NCBI GenBank assembly: GCA_965247475.1
Contig: OZ252016.1
Location: 982,087-1,046,086 of the forward strand
From: Chloroflexota bacterium
GTDB lineage: Bacteria; Chloroflexota; UBA11872
Reading direction: 5' to 3'
Length of the DNA stretch: 64,000 bases
Shown here: positions 19,868 through 29,753 of the stretch, one piece after another
Layout: every line of letters starts with the position of its first letter
How positions within the stretch are numbered: position 1 is the first letter of the stretch
Program-made: the position numbers and the translations under genes
Notes under the pieces: model-generated
The model's database searches: none
Told to the model about the DNA's origin: nothing
The model's input: the letters and a program-made list of their open reading frames with translations, nothing else

Positions 19868-20449
19868 GTGGCGGCTTCGGCCGGGGAGCTTGCTGGACCG
19901 ATCTTTGGCCTCGACGACGTTGACCGGGCCATTGGCTATTTCGCCCGCCTGTTTGCGACGCGCGGGAGCGACTGGAGCTTCGACATCACCACCGCCGCCG
20001 AGCAGGACGGGCGCGTGGTCGGCATGGTGTCCCATCGCTCGGCTCGGGAGGAGCTCCGCCGCGACTTGATGAGCGGCGTCGCCGTGATGAGGGTGTATGG
20101 GCTGCTCGGGTCGGCCAGGCTCGGTTGGCGAATGCGGCACCTGGTATCGCCGCGCCGACCGGCCGGTCGCGGCGAGCACTACATCACCTTTCTCGCGGTG
20201 GACGCGGGCCATCGGAATCGCGGCATTGGCTCGATGCTCCTGGATTCGGCGCACGCCGCGGCCGGAGCGGCCGGCGCCTCGCGGGTCGGCCTGGAAGTGC
20301 TGATCGAGAACCATGCCGGCCGCCGCCTGTACGAACGGCACGGCTACGAGGAAATCGCGCGGAAGCGGAGCGAGGGTCTCAGACGACTGACCGGTGTCAG
20401 CGGCCTGATCTACATGGCGCGGCCGGTGGAGGGATCGGCGGCCGGCTAG
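19868..20449 (+). CDS. GNAT family N-acetyltransferase
   Basis: LAVDAGHRNRGIGSMLL and RLYERHGYEE are an acetyl-CoA binding motif. Confidence 0.75.
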   Translation: MAASAGELAGPIFGLDDVDRAIGYFARLFATRGSDWSFDITTAAEQDGRVVGMVSHRSAREELRRDLMSGVAVMRVYGLLGSARLGWRMRHLVSPRRPAGRGEHYITFLAVDAGHRNRGIGSMLLDSAHAAAGAAGASRVGLEVLIENHAGRRLYERHGYEEIARKRSEGLRRLTGVSGLIYMARPVEGSAAG

Positions 20450-21396
20450 CGTGCGGCGGACTGCTTCGGGAATCCGTGCAGGCTCTGGTGATACGGATGG
20501 TCGAACAGCGTGGTCGACTTGTACCACTCGAGCCGGCCGTCACCGGCGATCCGTCGAACCCGGTTCCGCAGCGCCTCTTGCTCGTTCTCAGGCATTGGGG
20601 TGAAGGACCGCGCGATGCTCACGTCCTGCTCGACCTGCTGGATGGAGGTCTGGCCGCACGACAGCACACTGATCGGCTGCGAGAGCGCGTAACGTCGCAG
20701 CTCCTCGGCCGTCAACCCGCCCTCGGTTATGAACTGGCCGCCGCCGCCCACCGACTTCATCCCGATGCAGGCGATCCCGCGCCGGTTCAGTTCGGGGAGC
20801 ACCTCACGCTCGAAGCTCCGGTAGAGGCTGTCGAACACGCCGATCGGCATCTGGCACGCGTCCCACTCGAAATCCATCGCCAGCATGCGCTTGTGAATGT
20901 GCGGGCTCTTGTGGCCGGTGAAGCCGATGTACCGGACCTTGCCTTGCGCGCGCGCCTTCAACACAGCCTCGATAGCGCCGCCCGGTTCGAAGATCCACTC
21001 CGGATCGTTGTCGTAGTTCACCTCGTGGAGCTGCCAGAGGTCCAGGTAGTCGGTCCCCAGCCGCCTGAGACTGTCTTCCAGTTGCTCCAGTGCGCCGGCG
21101 GCGTCGCGTCGGCACACCTTGCTCATCAAGAAGACCTCGTCCCGCCGCCCGTCGATCGCGCGGCCCACGATGGTCTCGCTGTACCCGTGCCCGGTCTCCA
21201 CATTGCCGCCGTAGCACCACGCGGTGTCGACAAACGTAATGCCGGCGTCCAGCGCGGCGCGCACGATGCGCAGCGACTCAGCGTCTCCGAGGCCCTCCGT
21301 CGCGGCGTGCCCGCCGCCAAGCCCAACGATTGAGATCTCGTCGTCGTGCCGACCGAACGTGCGCGTGGGGAGCAGATGGGAGGTCGATCCGGTCAT
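20446..21396 (-). CDS. Aldo/keto reductase
   Basis: AKR motifs (GLGGGH, IDTAWCYG, LDLWQLHE). Start at ATG 21396 with an AAGGA RBS. Confidence 0.85.
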   Translation of the reverse strand: MTGSTSHLLPTRTFGRHDDEISIVGLGGGHAATEGLGDAESLRIVRAALDAGITFVDTAWCYGGNVETGHGYSETIVGRAIDGRRDEVFLMSKVCRRDAAGALEQLEDSLRRLGTDYLDLWQLHEVNYDNDPEWIFEPGGAIEAVLKARAQGKVRYIGFTGHKSPHIHKRMLAMDFEWDACQMPIGVFDSLYRSFEREVLPELNRRGIACIGMKSVGGGGQFITEGGLTAEELRRYALSQPISVLSCGQTSIQQVEQDVSIARSFTPMPENEQEALRNRVRRIAGDGRLEWYKSTTLFDHPYHQSLHGFPKQSAAR

Positions 21397-21431
21397 GCTG
21401 TCAGTCCTTGGCGGGGCGGCACATCCCGAAT

Positions 21432-23021
21432 CTACCGGATTCCGTCGAACGTGTATTCCCACAGCCGGTACGTGCCGCCCTTGGCGAGCACCGCGTCCGC
21501 GTAGTTCTCCGCGTCGTCCCGCGGACGATACCCGAGATCCATCGCGGCATTCGTGAGGTCCCAGTGGGCGCGCGCATTGTTCGAGACCCCGTAGTAGATG
21601 CCGTGCCGAATCCCCGGCGTCTCGATCGAGCGGCGTACGAGCTGGACTAGATCACCGGCACTCAACCACGACGAGAGGATGCGCGCGCCCATATCGAACG
21701 TGGATGGATCGGCGCGATACCGGTAGCTGCCGATTCGCAGGGAGATCACCTCGAGGCCATAGCGGTCCGAATACAGACGTCCGAGCGCCTCGCCCCAGAC
21801 CTTGGCGGCGCCGTAGATGCTGTCCGGGCGCACGACCGATTCGGCGTCGCAGCGCTCGCCCGCCAGCTCGTACCACCCGGTCGCGTGATTCGAGCTGGCG
21901 AAGATCACCCGTCGCACGCCGGCGCGGCGCGCCGCCTCGTACGTGTTGAACACGTGCGCCATGTTCGGCGTGAGATACGCGTCGAAGTCGTCGTCGTCGT
22001 GGTTTGACTTGGCGTGCATGTGAACGACCACATCCTGTCCCGCGAAGGCCTCCGCGATCGTGTCGATGTCGTCGAAGCCCAGCACGCGGAATCGCGGGTC
22101 GTCGGACGGTTGCCGGGACGTGCCGGTGAGCTCGAAGACATCGCCGAGGTCCTCCATGAGCGTGCGGCCGATCTGACCGGTCGCGCCCGTGATCAGGACC
22201 TTCAGGCGTTCGCCGGTCGGCTCGCGGCGGTCGGGGGCTGGCTGCACGTCGCTTGTCGCATAGGGGTTGCGGGCGGCCGCTTCGCTGGCGGCCGGGACCT
22301 CCGCCGCGTAGTCCTCGGCGTTGTCCAGCGGCGCGTAACCCAGATCGACGGCGGCATTCGTCAGGTCCCAGTACGCGCGTGAGTTGTTAGAGATCCCGTA
22401 GTAGACGCCCCACGTGACCGCGGGCGCTTCGATGGATCGTCGGACGAGCTGGACCATGTCTCGATCGCTGATCCAGGTCGAGAGGATCCGCTTGCCCGGA
22501 CCCCAATCGGGTGGGCGCTTGCGGTACAGGTAACTGCCGATGCGGAGGCACACGACTTGCAGTCCGAATCGATCCGCGTAGTACCGCCCGAACGCCTCGC
22601 CCCACGCCTTGGTGGCGCCGTAGATGCTGTCGGGGCGGAACACCGAGGCCGCGTCCGACCGCGCACCCGAGGTTTCATGCCACCCGGTCGCATGGTTGGA
22701 GCTGGCGAACACGACCCGGGGGACGCCGGCCAGCCGGGCCGCCTCGTAGACATTGCGGACCGACACGATGTTCGGCTGCAGGTAGTCGTTCAGGTCGCAG
22801 CTGACGCCGGTCGAGAACCCGTGCATGAGCACGACCGCGTCGTGGCCGCGAAACGCGCTGGTCACGGTCTCGACATCGTCCAGCTCCAGCTGCGCCATCC
22901 GCGGGTCGTCGGTGGGCCGCCGCGAGGTGCCCGTGAGCTCGTAGACGTCGGCGAGATCCTCCATCAACGTGCGGCCGATCTTGCCGGTCGCTCCGGTGAT
23001 GAGGACCTTCCGCTTGGCCAT
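21432..23021 (-). CDS. Fusion of two tandem NAD-dependent epimerase/dehydratase (uronate-dehydrogenase-like SDR) domains in one 529-aa ORF
   Basis: Two halves of about 265 aa each, both starting KVLITGATGxIGRTLMEDL and both containing the YGAxKxWGE catalytic YxxxK. The halves are about 65% identical to each other. Confidence 0.8.
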   Translation of the reverse strand: MAKRKVLITGATGKIGRTLMEDLADVYELTGTSRRPTDDPRMAQLELDDVETVTSAFRGHDAVVLMHGFSTGVSCDLNDYLQPNIVSVRNVYEAARLAGVPRVVFASSNHATGWHETSGARSDAASVFRPDSIYGATKAWGEAFGRYYADRFGLQVVCLRIGSYLYRKRPPDWGPGKRILSTWISDRDMVQLVRRSIEAPAVTWGVYYGISNNSRAYWDLTNAAVDLGYAPLDNAEDYAAEVPAASEAAARNPYATSDVQPAPDRREPTGERLKVLITGATGQIGRTLMEDLGDVFELTGTSRQPSDDPRFRVLGFDDIDTIAEAFAGQDVVVHMHAKSNHDDDDFDAYLTPNMAHVFNTYEAARRAGVRRVIFASSNHATGWYELAGERCDAESVVRPDSIYGAAKVWGEALGRLYSDRYGLEVISLRIGSYRYRADPSTFDMGARILSSWLSAGDLVQLVRRSIETPGIRHGIYYGVSNNARAHWDLTNAAMDLGYRPRDDAENYADAVLAKGGTYRLWEYTFDGIR

Positions 23022-23153
23022 TCGCGGGCTAGCCCTTCGCTGGACGATGACGCGAACACACGCGCCGCCGAAGCATACCGACGGGTCTGAGCGGACACGA
23101 ATGTACGAACATCCGCCGCGAGCGTGCGTTCACGGCAGGCGCCGGCCCGCGAG

Positions 23154-23392
23154 GGCGGTTCGGGAACCGCCGTTACCGTCGATCGCCGAAACTGTTCGAG
23201 AGTCATTCCGAGCGGAGCGAGGAATCTCATGGTCACCGGACCGGCGAAGGCGCGTCCTGCATACATCGAAGGGCCTGTACGGAGTCACGCCATTCCCGTG
23301 CACCCTGAGCGTGTCGAAGGTGGGGCACGGGCCACCGGACAGCAGCCCAAGGCAAGACTGGCCAGCCTGCGACGGCGGTTCGCGAACCGCCC
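23154..23392. promoter_or_regulatory. Two copies of an 18-bp perfect palindrome GGCGGTTCG(G/C)GAACCGCC about 220 bp apart. They lie in a 450-bp non-coding region upstream of the dehydrogenase fusion gene.
   Basis: Palindromes at 23154-23171 and 23375-23392. A further hairpin, CATTCCGAGCGGAGCGAGGAATC, lies between them. Confidence 0.25.
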
Positions 23393-23473
23393 AACCTCTG
23401 AGCGCCGCAACTGGATGCCGGGTGCGCCGCGTAGCCGCGGATGTGGCGCGTCTATTCCGGAATGGGAGGGGCG

Positions 23474-24991
23474 CTAGAGCTCCAGGCGCGGTCGGTACTG
23501 CAGCGCCTCGGCTAGGCTCTCGGGGGAGATGATCTCGTCGCCGGCAAGGTCCGCGATCGTGCGTCCAAGCTTGAGAATCCGGTGATGACCCCGGCCGCTG
23601 AGCTCCATGCGATCATGCGCGCTCCGCAGCAGTGATTCCGCCGTGTCTTCGAGCTCACACAACTCCGGGACGAGCCGCGCGGGAATCTCGGCGTTCACAT
23701 GCAGGTCATGGGCCGCGAGCCGCTCGCGCTGTCGATCGCGTGCCGCGGCGACCCGCGCCCGCACGTGGGCGGACGTATCGGCGTCGGGCTTGGCGGCCAT
23801 CTTCTGGTATGGGATCCGCGGCACTTCCACGTGCACGTCGATCCGATCCAGCAGCGGACCTGAGATGCGCTGACGGTAGCGGCGTGCCGCCTCGGCCGAG
23901 AACGTGCCGCTATCCGAGCCCTGCTCCGCGAATCCCGACGGGGATGGATTCATCGCCGCGATCAGCATCAGCCGGGCCGGCATGTTCACGGAGTAGGCTG
24001 CGCGAGTGATCGTGATGTCACCGTCCTCGAGCGGCTGACGCAGCGCCTCCAGCGACTGGCGGCCAAACTCGGGAAACTCATCGAGAAACAGCACGCCGCG
24101 ATGCGCCAGCGTGATCTCACCTGGGCGCGGCGAGCTCCCGCCGCCCACCAACCCGACATGCGTGACGGTGTGATGAGGCGCGCGAAACGGACGTGCGGCC
24201 ATCAGCGGGCGGTTGTTGGGAAGCAGGCCGGCGACGCTGTACACGCGCGTGACCTCGATAGCCTCGTCGAGATGCATCGGCGGCAGGATCGATGGCACTG
24301 CGCGGGCCAGCAGAGTCTTGCCGGAGCCCGGCGGCCCGATCATCAGCACGTTGTGGGCGCCCGCGGCCGCGACCTCGAGCGCGCGCTTCACGTGCTCCTG
24401 CCCGCGGACGTGGGCGAAGTCCACCGGGTACGCGTCGACGTCGATTTCGATCTCAGTGGGCGGCGCCGGCTCGATCTCCACCATGCCGGCGTAGTGCGCG
24501 AGCAGCTGCTGCAGCGAGTCGACCGGGCGAATCTCGATGTCCCGGACGATCGCGGCCTCCGGGGCGTCAACCGCGGGCACGAACGCCTTCGTGACCCCCG
24601 CGTCGCGTGCCATCGCGATCATCGGCAGGATGCCCTGTGTGTGCCGAACGCCGCCGTCCAGCGACAGCTCGCCAAGGAATACCGCTTTGGAATCGGGGAA
24701 GGGCTCGATCTGGCCGGACGCGGCCAGAATCCCGACCGCCATCGCGAGATCGTGAACCGGCCCTTCCTTGCGCACGTCGGCGGGCGCGAGGTTCACCGTC
24801 AGCCGCCGGTTCGGAAACTGGGCGCCGCTGTTCCTGATCGCCGCCTTGGTTCGATCGCGGGATTCCTGAACCGCGGTATCGGGCAGCCCCACGATCACAT
24901 GATTGGGGAGCCCCTGGGAGATATCGACCTCAACGTCCACCAGCGCGCCGTCAAGGCCGATTACCACGCAGCTCCGCGCCTTCGCGAGCAT
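23474..24991 (-). CDS. yifB: YifB/ComM family Mg-chelatase-like AAA+ ATPase
   Basis: N-terminal Lon-like domain. Walker A GPPGSGKT. A conserved C-terminal region. Confidence 0.9.
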   Translation of the reverse strand: MLAKARSCVVIGLDGALVDVEVDISQGLPNHVIVGLPDTAVQESRDRTKAAIRNSGAQFPNRRLTVNLAPADVRKEGPVHDLAMAVGILAASGQIEPFPDSKAVFLGELSLDGGVRHTQGILPMIAMARDAGVTKAFVPAVDAPEAAIVRDIEIRPVDSLQQLLAHYAGMVEIEPAPPTEIEIDVDAYPVDFAHVRGQEHVKRALEVAAAGAHNVLMIGPPGSGKTLLARAVPSILPPMHLDEAIEVTRVYSVAGLLPNNRPLMAARPFRAPHHTVTHVGLVGGGSSPRPGEITLAHRGVLFLDEFPEFGRQSLEALRQPLEDGDITITRAAYSVNMPARLMLIAAMNPSPSGFAEQGSDSGTFSAEAARRYRQRISGPLLDRIDVHVEVPRIPYQKMAAKPDADTSAHVRARVAAARDRQRERLAAHDLHVNAEIPARLVPELCELEDTAESLLRSAHDRMELSGRGHHRILKLGRTIADLAGDEIISPESLAEALQYRPRLEL

Positions 24992-25049
24992 GGCTGGATT
25001 CTACCGGCGGGCTACTGCGGCAAACGGATATGCGCGCGCGCCGCGTCGT

Positions 25050-25610
25050 CTAGCACGGCCCGGTGCATTGGTGTGGCTGCCCGGTCTGGCCGGTCGTGTG
25101 CACGCTGAACGTGAAGGCGAGTCGCTTGACAGGCTCTCCCGACCGCGCGGCCGGATCGCGCTCCACCAGCTCGACGATGACGTCGGTCTCCCCCCGGCCC
25201 GACCCGCGAAACTCGAGCACTTTCGCCGCGATGGTGGGATCGCCGATCAGATCGCCCGTCTCGAAGGCCAGCTGCCCGTCCACCGCGTACCAGTCGAGGA
25301 AGAGGGCGTCGGGCTTCTGGGCGAACCGCCACCGGAACTCGGATGCGTCGTCGCCCTCCAGATGGATCTCCGTGCCTTTCTTGTCCGGGAGTCCGATCTC
25401 ATACTGGAAGTAGTCGACATCGATCACGCGTCCGGCGTCGGCCTCGGTGAGCACATCGTGTTGCGCGGCCACGGCGCCGGAATGCGTGGAGCGTGCCTCG
25501 CCGCCGTCGGCCCCCTCGCCGCAGGCAATGAACACCGGAATCGTGAGCAGGGCCAGCGTGGCGATCACGCGGCGGATGTGGACGACGGGCCGGTTTTCTA
25601 GTGCGGTCAC
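25050..25610 (-). CDS. Hypothetical lipoprotein
   Basis: Signal peptide with lipobox (LLTIPVFIACGEG). A paralogous fragmented copy lies at 53658-53966 and 55436-55540. Confidence 0.6.
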   Translation of the reverse strand: MTALENRPVVHIRRVIATLALLTIPVFIACGEGADGGEARSTHSGAVAAQHDVLTEADAGRVIDVDYFQYEIGLPDKKGTEIHLEGDDASEFRWRFAQKPDALFLDWYAVDGQLAFETGDLIGDPTIAAKVLEFRGSGRGETDVIVELVERDPAARSGEPVKRLAFTFSVHTTGQTGQPHQCTGPC

Positions 25611-25748
25611 TGTCGTAACCCGGTGAGTGCTGACCGCTGAAGCTTAATGCACACGCCGGTCATCGGTGGCCCGGCGTGCCCCAACCGTGGAATCGATTGT
25701 GTTCGGCCGGGGAGCACGCCGACGCACGGCGTCCCGATGCGCCGATGC

Positions 25749-27017
25749 CTAGGGATTCTGTTGCGGCGTTTCGGGCGGAGGCACCAGCGGGATCTGATCG
25801 GCGACGGGCACAACCTCGGCCTGCTGATGTGTTTCGACGGTGGCGCGAATCACGCGTACTCCAACTATCGAGGCGGCTGTCAAGGCCGCGACGAAGAACA
25901 GCCCGAGTGCGCCGAAACCGCGCACGTCCAGCAGCGCACCCAGCAGCGGCGGCATCGCGAGATTCACACCGTCGGTCATGAATTGGACGATCCCCATGAA
26001 CCGGCCGATGTCCGCCGGCGGCGATCTATCCGCGGCCAGCAGCGGGATCAGCGGCGCGGTGAACCCGACGGTCGAGGCCGCCAGGCCGAGCACGATGTAG
26101 AACCCGAGTTGGACCGGGAACACCATCAGCACGCAGGCGGCGGCGCTGATCAATGTGCCGGCCAGCAACGCCGGCGTGCGGCCCGCGCGGTCGATCAGCG
26201 TTCCGGAGGCGAACATAACCACCAGCCCCGCGGCCGCGAACAAGCTCAGCCAGAGACCGGCGCCCGCGGGATCGAGCTGGAGACCCTCGGTGCCGTAGAG
26301 CGGCAGCACGATCCGGTGGAGCGAGCTCATCGTGCCCCAGGTGAGGGCGCTGACGGCGACGACCGCGAGCACGTTGCGCAGGGATACCAAGGCTGGCAGG
26401 CGCAGGCGCACTCGGCCGCTGGAGGGGCGGGCCGGCGGCGCCGCGCTGGCGATGGTCCACGCGATGCCCGCGGCGACGACGCTGAGTGCGGCCGCCAGCA
26501 CGAATATGCTGCGCCATCCCAGCGCATTCGCGAGCACGCCGGCGGCGAGCGGGGCCAGCAGCATCCCCAGCCCCCAGCCGGCCATGGTGCGCCCCACCGC
26601 ACGGCCGCGCTCACGCGGAGAGCTGCTGCGAACGATGTACGCCATCCCGGCCATGAACACGAAAGCGGTCCCGGCGCCGGTGATGACTCCCGACAGCACC
26701 AGCAACTCGAATACGGGGGCGACCGCGGATACGAGCGATCCGAGGCCCACGAGCAGGCTGCCTGCACTGATGAGCACTCGCGGGCGATAGCGGTCGGCGA
26801 GATAGCCGACGGGAATCGTAGTCAATCCACGACCGAGCGCCTGCATGCCCGCGATCAGTCCCAGCGAAGCGAAGCTGACGTCGAACTCGGCGCGGATCGT
26901 GCTCAGCACCGGCGCGATAGCGCTCAGCCCGAACGCCATCATGGCGAACGTCGTGAACGCCGCGGCGAATGGGTAGTGGACGAGGCTGGCCGCCGCGCGG
27001 CTCACATGCGAACGCAA
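25749..27017 (-). CDS. MFS transporter
   Basis: 12 predicted TM segments. GYLADRYRPR-type motif in loop 2-3. Confidence 0.75.
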   Translation of the reverse strand: MRSHVSRAAASLVHYPFAAAFTTFAMMAFGLSAIAPVLSTIRAEFDVSFASLGLIAGMQALGRGLTTIPVGYLADRYRPRVLISAGSLLVGLGSLVSAVAPVFELLVLSGVITGAGTAFVFMAGMAYIVRSSSPRERGRAVGRTMAGWGLGMLLAPLAAGVLANALGWRSIFVLAAALSVVAAGIAWTIASAAPPARPSSGRVRLRLPALVSLRNVLAVVAVSALTWGTMSSLHRIVLPLYGTEGLQLDPAGAGLWLSLFAAAGLVVMFASGTLIDRAGRTPALLAGTLISAAACVLMVFPVQLGFYIVLGLAASTVGFTAPLIPLLAADRSPPADIGRFMGIVQFMTDGVNLAMPPLLGALLDVRGFGALGLFFVAALTAASIVGVRVIRATVETHQQAEVVPVADQIPLVPPPETPQQNP

Positions 27018-27083
27018 GTTCGGCCTCGTCTGCAGTGGAGTGCCCCATCGTAGCGGCTCACCGGCGGTCCTCCCGCGACGCGG

Positions 27084-27836
27084 CTACTTGGGAAGCGCGC
27101 GCGGCTCCGGCCGGCGAATCCGCGCGCTATAGAACGATGGCGCGTACGAGGTTGTCGGCAGCGGCCTGGTGTAGGGGACGGCCGCGGCGGTTACGGCCGC
27201 CGGGTCGATGGTCCGCGGGAGCGGTCCGCCGAGCAGATCCTCGATCCGTGATCGCAGAGTGCCGACGATGTCGGGGTGCTGGTCGTGCACGTTCAGCAAC
27301 TCGTCCGGATCGGCGCCGAGGTCGCAAAACTCGGGCGCCGCATCCTCGTGATCCCACCCGGTCACATAGTTCCATTCACGGTCCCTGACCGAGACTCGCT
27401 GCCAGCAGGCGGTCGTGACGAAGTCGCGGCCGGGCGTTCGCGGATCGGTCACCAGCGGCCAGACGCTTCGGCCGTCGATCGACTCCGTGAGCTCCGGATA
27501 CCCGGCGAAGTCAAGAATCGTGGCCGCGAGGTCGCAGCTCTGCACGAACGCGTCGACGTCGCGGTCGGCGAACCGCGGGTCCGGATGCCGGATCATCAGA
27601 TTGAGCCGCGTCGTGAACGGATGCAGCTCCGTGTCGCGCTTGCTAAATCCGGTGGGATCGTTCAGCTCGGTGCCGTGGTCCGAGAAGAAAACCACCACCG
27701 TGGAGTCCCGCAGGTTCTGGCGGTCGATCTCCTCCAGGCGTCTGCCGACGTACTTGTCGGTGAACGTCACCTCGCCCAGATAGCACGCGGCGTAGCAGTC
27801 CGGCCAGCTCCGGCGAGAAACCCTCGCCGGATGCAC
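27084..27836 (-). pseudogene. Truncated paralogue (C-terminal about 250 aa only) of the sulfatase-like gene at 35110-36666
   Basis: The protein aligns residue-by-residue with the C-terminal half of the 35110..36666 product (CYLGEVTFTDKYVGR...DPDELLNVHDQHPD...SYAPSFY). Nucleotide similarity of about 85% runs from the stop region to about 27850 and then ends. Confidence 0.6.
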
Positions 27837-27879
27837 GAGCGCGGAGTGTCAGGTATGGACGACCACTGCGGCGCGCTGG

Positions 27880-29033
27880 CGCCAGACGGTCACGACGACG
27901 AGCAATGTGACACCGAACAACAGGGTGCCGAACCCCGCGCCGGCACCGGCGCCGAAGGTCTCGATCACCAGGACGATGAACACGACGTACAGCGCCAGCG
28001 TGCCCAGCACCAGCGCCAGCCAGCGCCGCTGAAACGCCGCCAGCAGGATCACGGCAGCCGGCCAACCGCCCGGCGCAAACGCAAACGCGCAGGACGCCCC
28101 GAATCCCATGAACCAGCTCGGTCCCCTCCCAGATTCGCACGGCGAAATGGTCCGGCAGCCGCCGCGCGAGGGGTGCGAAGGTGAAGAAGCTGAGCGACAA
28201 CACGACCAGCCCCATTGCTCGGCCAGGGTCGTCGTCGATTCCGCCCAGCGCGGTCACGGCAGCCGTCGAGAACAGCCTGCCCGCCGTCGGCAGCCAGACC
28301 CACTCCCGCTGCCAGACCGAGACCCCTGTCGCGACGGCTGCGCCGGCGACAAGGATGAAATAGAACCAGAACTGACCCTGCAGCATGGCTGCAAGCACCA
28401 GCGCCGTGCCCAGCACCGTGGTGGCGACAAATGCCGTCCACACAGCGGTAGAAGCGGCGACCCAACCGCGCCGTGTCGCGAACTGCGTCGCCTGCTCGAC
28501 CACCGTCGCCGCCAACACCATCAGCCCGAGAGGGGATCCCAGACCGAGATCTCCGGTACCCCTGCGCGAAGAAACGGGATTGCGAGGTCTACTTGCTCGG
28601 GGCGACTGGTCGCCAGCGCCGCAGGCAGCGCGACCTATGCAGCCACGGCCAGCGCCCCAGCCACTCGCGAACGAAGCCACCAGCAGAGGGCTCCGCCGAG
28701 CGACATCAACGCCCCGCAGATCAGGATCCAGCGCACGTGGGGACTGATCGCCGAGCCAATCTCGTGCAACACGACATCCAAGCAGAGGACCAGCGATACC
28801 GCCGCGATGCCCGCCAGCACATCGGATACCGCCGCCGGTAGGAGCCGGCGCGTTGCCCAGGCCGCCGCAAGGGCGACGGCGCTGCTCAACAGGGCGAGTC
28901 GCTCCGCGAGGTCCGAATACAAACCGAACCCCAGCACCGCGACCAGCACCCCGCCCACGAACGCGATCGCGTCCGCCGCGCGCCCGGCTCCGGCGTCGGC
29001 GGGCGGCGCGGGATCAGCTTCAAGCGAAGTCAC
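27880..29033 (-). CDS. Putative polytopic membrane protein encoded in two overlapping frames (28635..29033 and 27880..28680). It may be one frameshifted gene.
   Basis: Both frames encode strongly hydrophobic helices. The ORFs overlap by 46 nt in different frames. Confidence 0.3.
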
Positions 29034-29243
29034 ACGTCAGCTCCTGCACGCCCCAGAGCAATCCGGTGCGGGTCCAGCGACCCGGTGTTTCCTCCATCGG
29101 TTCCGTCGTCGTGGAACGCCTCAGGCCTCCATGCCGCGCAATACGAGCGCACCCAGTGCCTAGCGGCTTGACCGCACTGCACGCGGCGTTGGTGCCGCAC
29201 GTCTTCCGCGCATACGACATTCGCGGACTCGCTCCGGCGATGT

Positions 29244-29750
29244 TTGACGAATCCGTCGGCCAGCGGCTTGCGTTCGCTTTCGTCCAATGGCTCAGACAAA
29301 CGGGGCGCAGCCACCGCCGTAGTCGCAAATCTTACTGGCATCACCTCGCCCGGGCTCTACGCAGCCACACTCGACGGCCTGCGCGCCGCAGGTCTCAACG
29401 TCCACGCCGCCGGGGTCGAGCTTGTCGAGAGGCTGCGCACCGGTCTTCCAGGATTGTCACATCGAGCGCACTTTCAGTTCGCCGTACAGTGCGTCATGGC
29501 CGGAAATGGTGGGCCTATTTTGACGGTAGACAGTACCGTCTTCGAGATGTGGTTGGGGGCTCTGTGACCCATGGCGCCGTGACCCTTACGGAGAGTTCGA
29601 GCCTCTTCGGTGGAGGTGAGGGTGCTGACCCAGCAGTACAGGCTGACTTACAACCGCGTCAGGCCTCACAGCTCCCTGGTCTACATGCCGCCGGTGCCCG
29701 ACGCCGTCCTGCCCGCAGACCTTGTTCCAATGCTTGTCGGTGTAACATAA
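29244..29750 (+). pseudogene. Remnant of a DDE transposase/integrase, interrupted by stops at 29565 and 29580
   Basis: The C-terminus ...QQYRLTYNRVRPHSSLVYMPPVPD is the typical end of rve-type (IS3/IS481-like) integrases. Confidence 0.45.
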
Positions 29751-29753
29751 CAG

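Noticed and set aside
23022-23473. RNase P RNA, tmRNA or SRP RNA in the long intergenic regions at 10465-10991 and 23022-23473
   Set aside because: None of the universally conserved motifs could be found: P4 GGAAAGUCCGG, ACAGAAnCCGGCUUA, tmRNA tag-peptide ORF ending ALAA, or the SRP GGAAGCAGCC loop.
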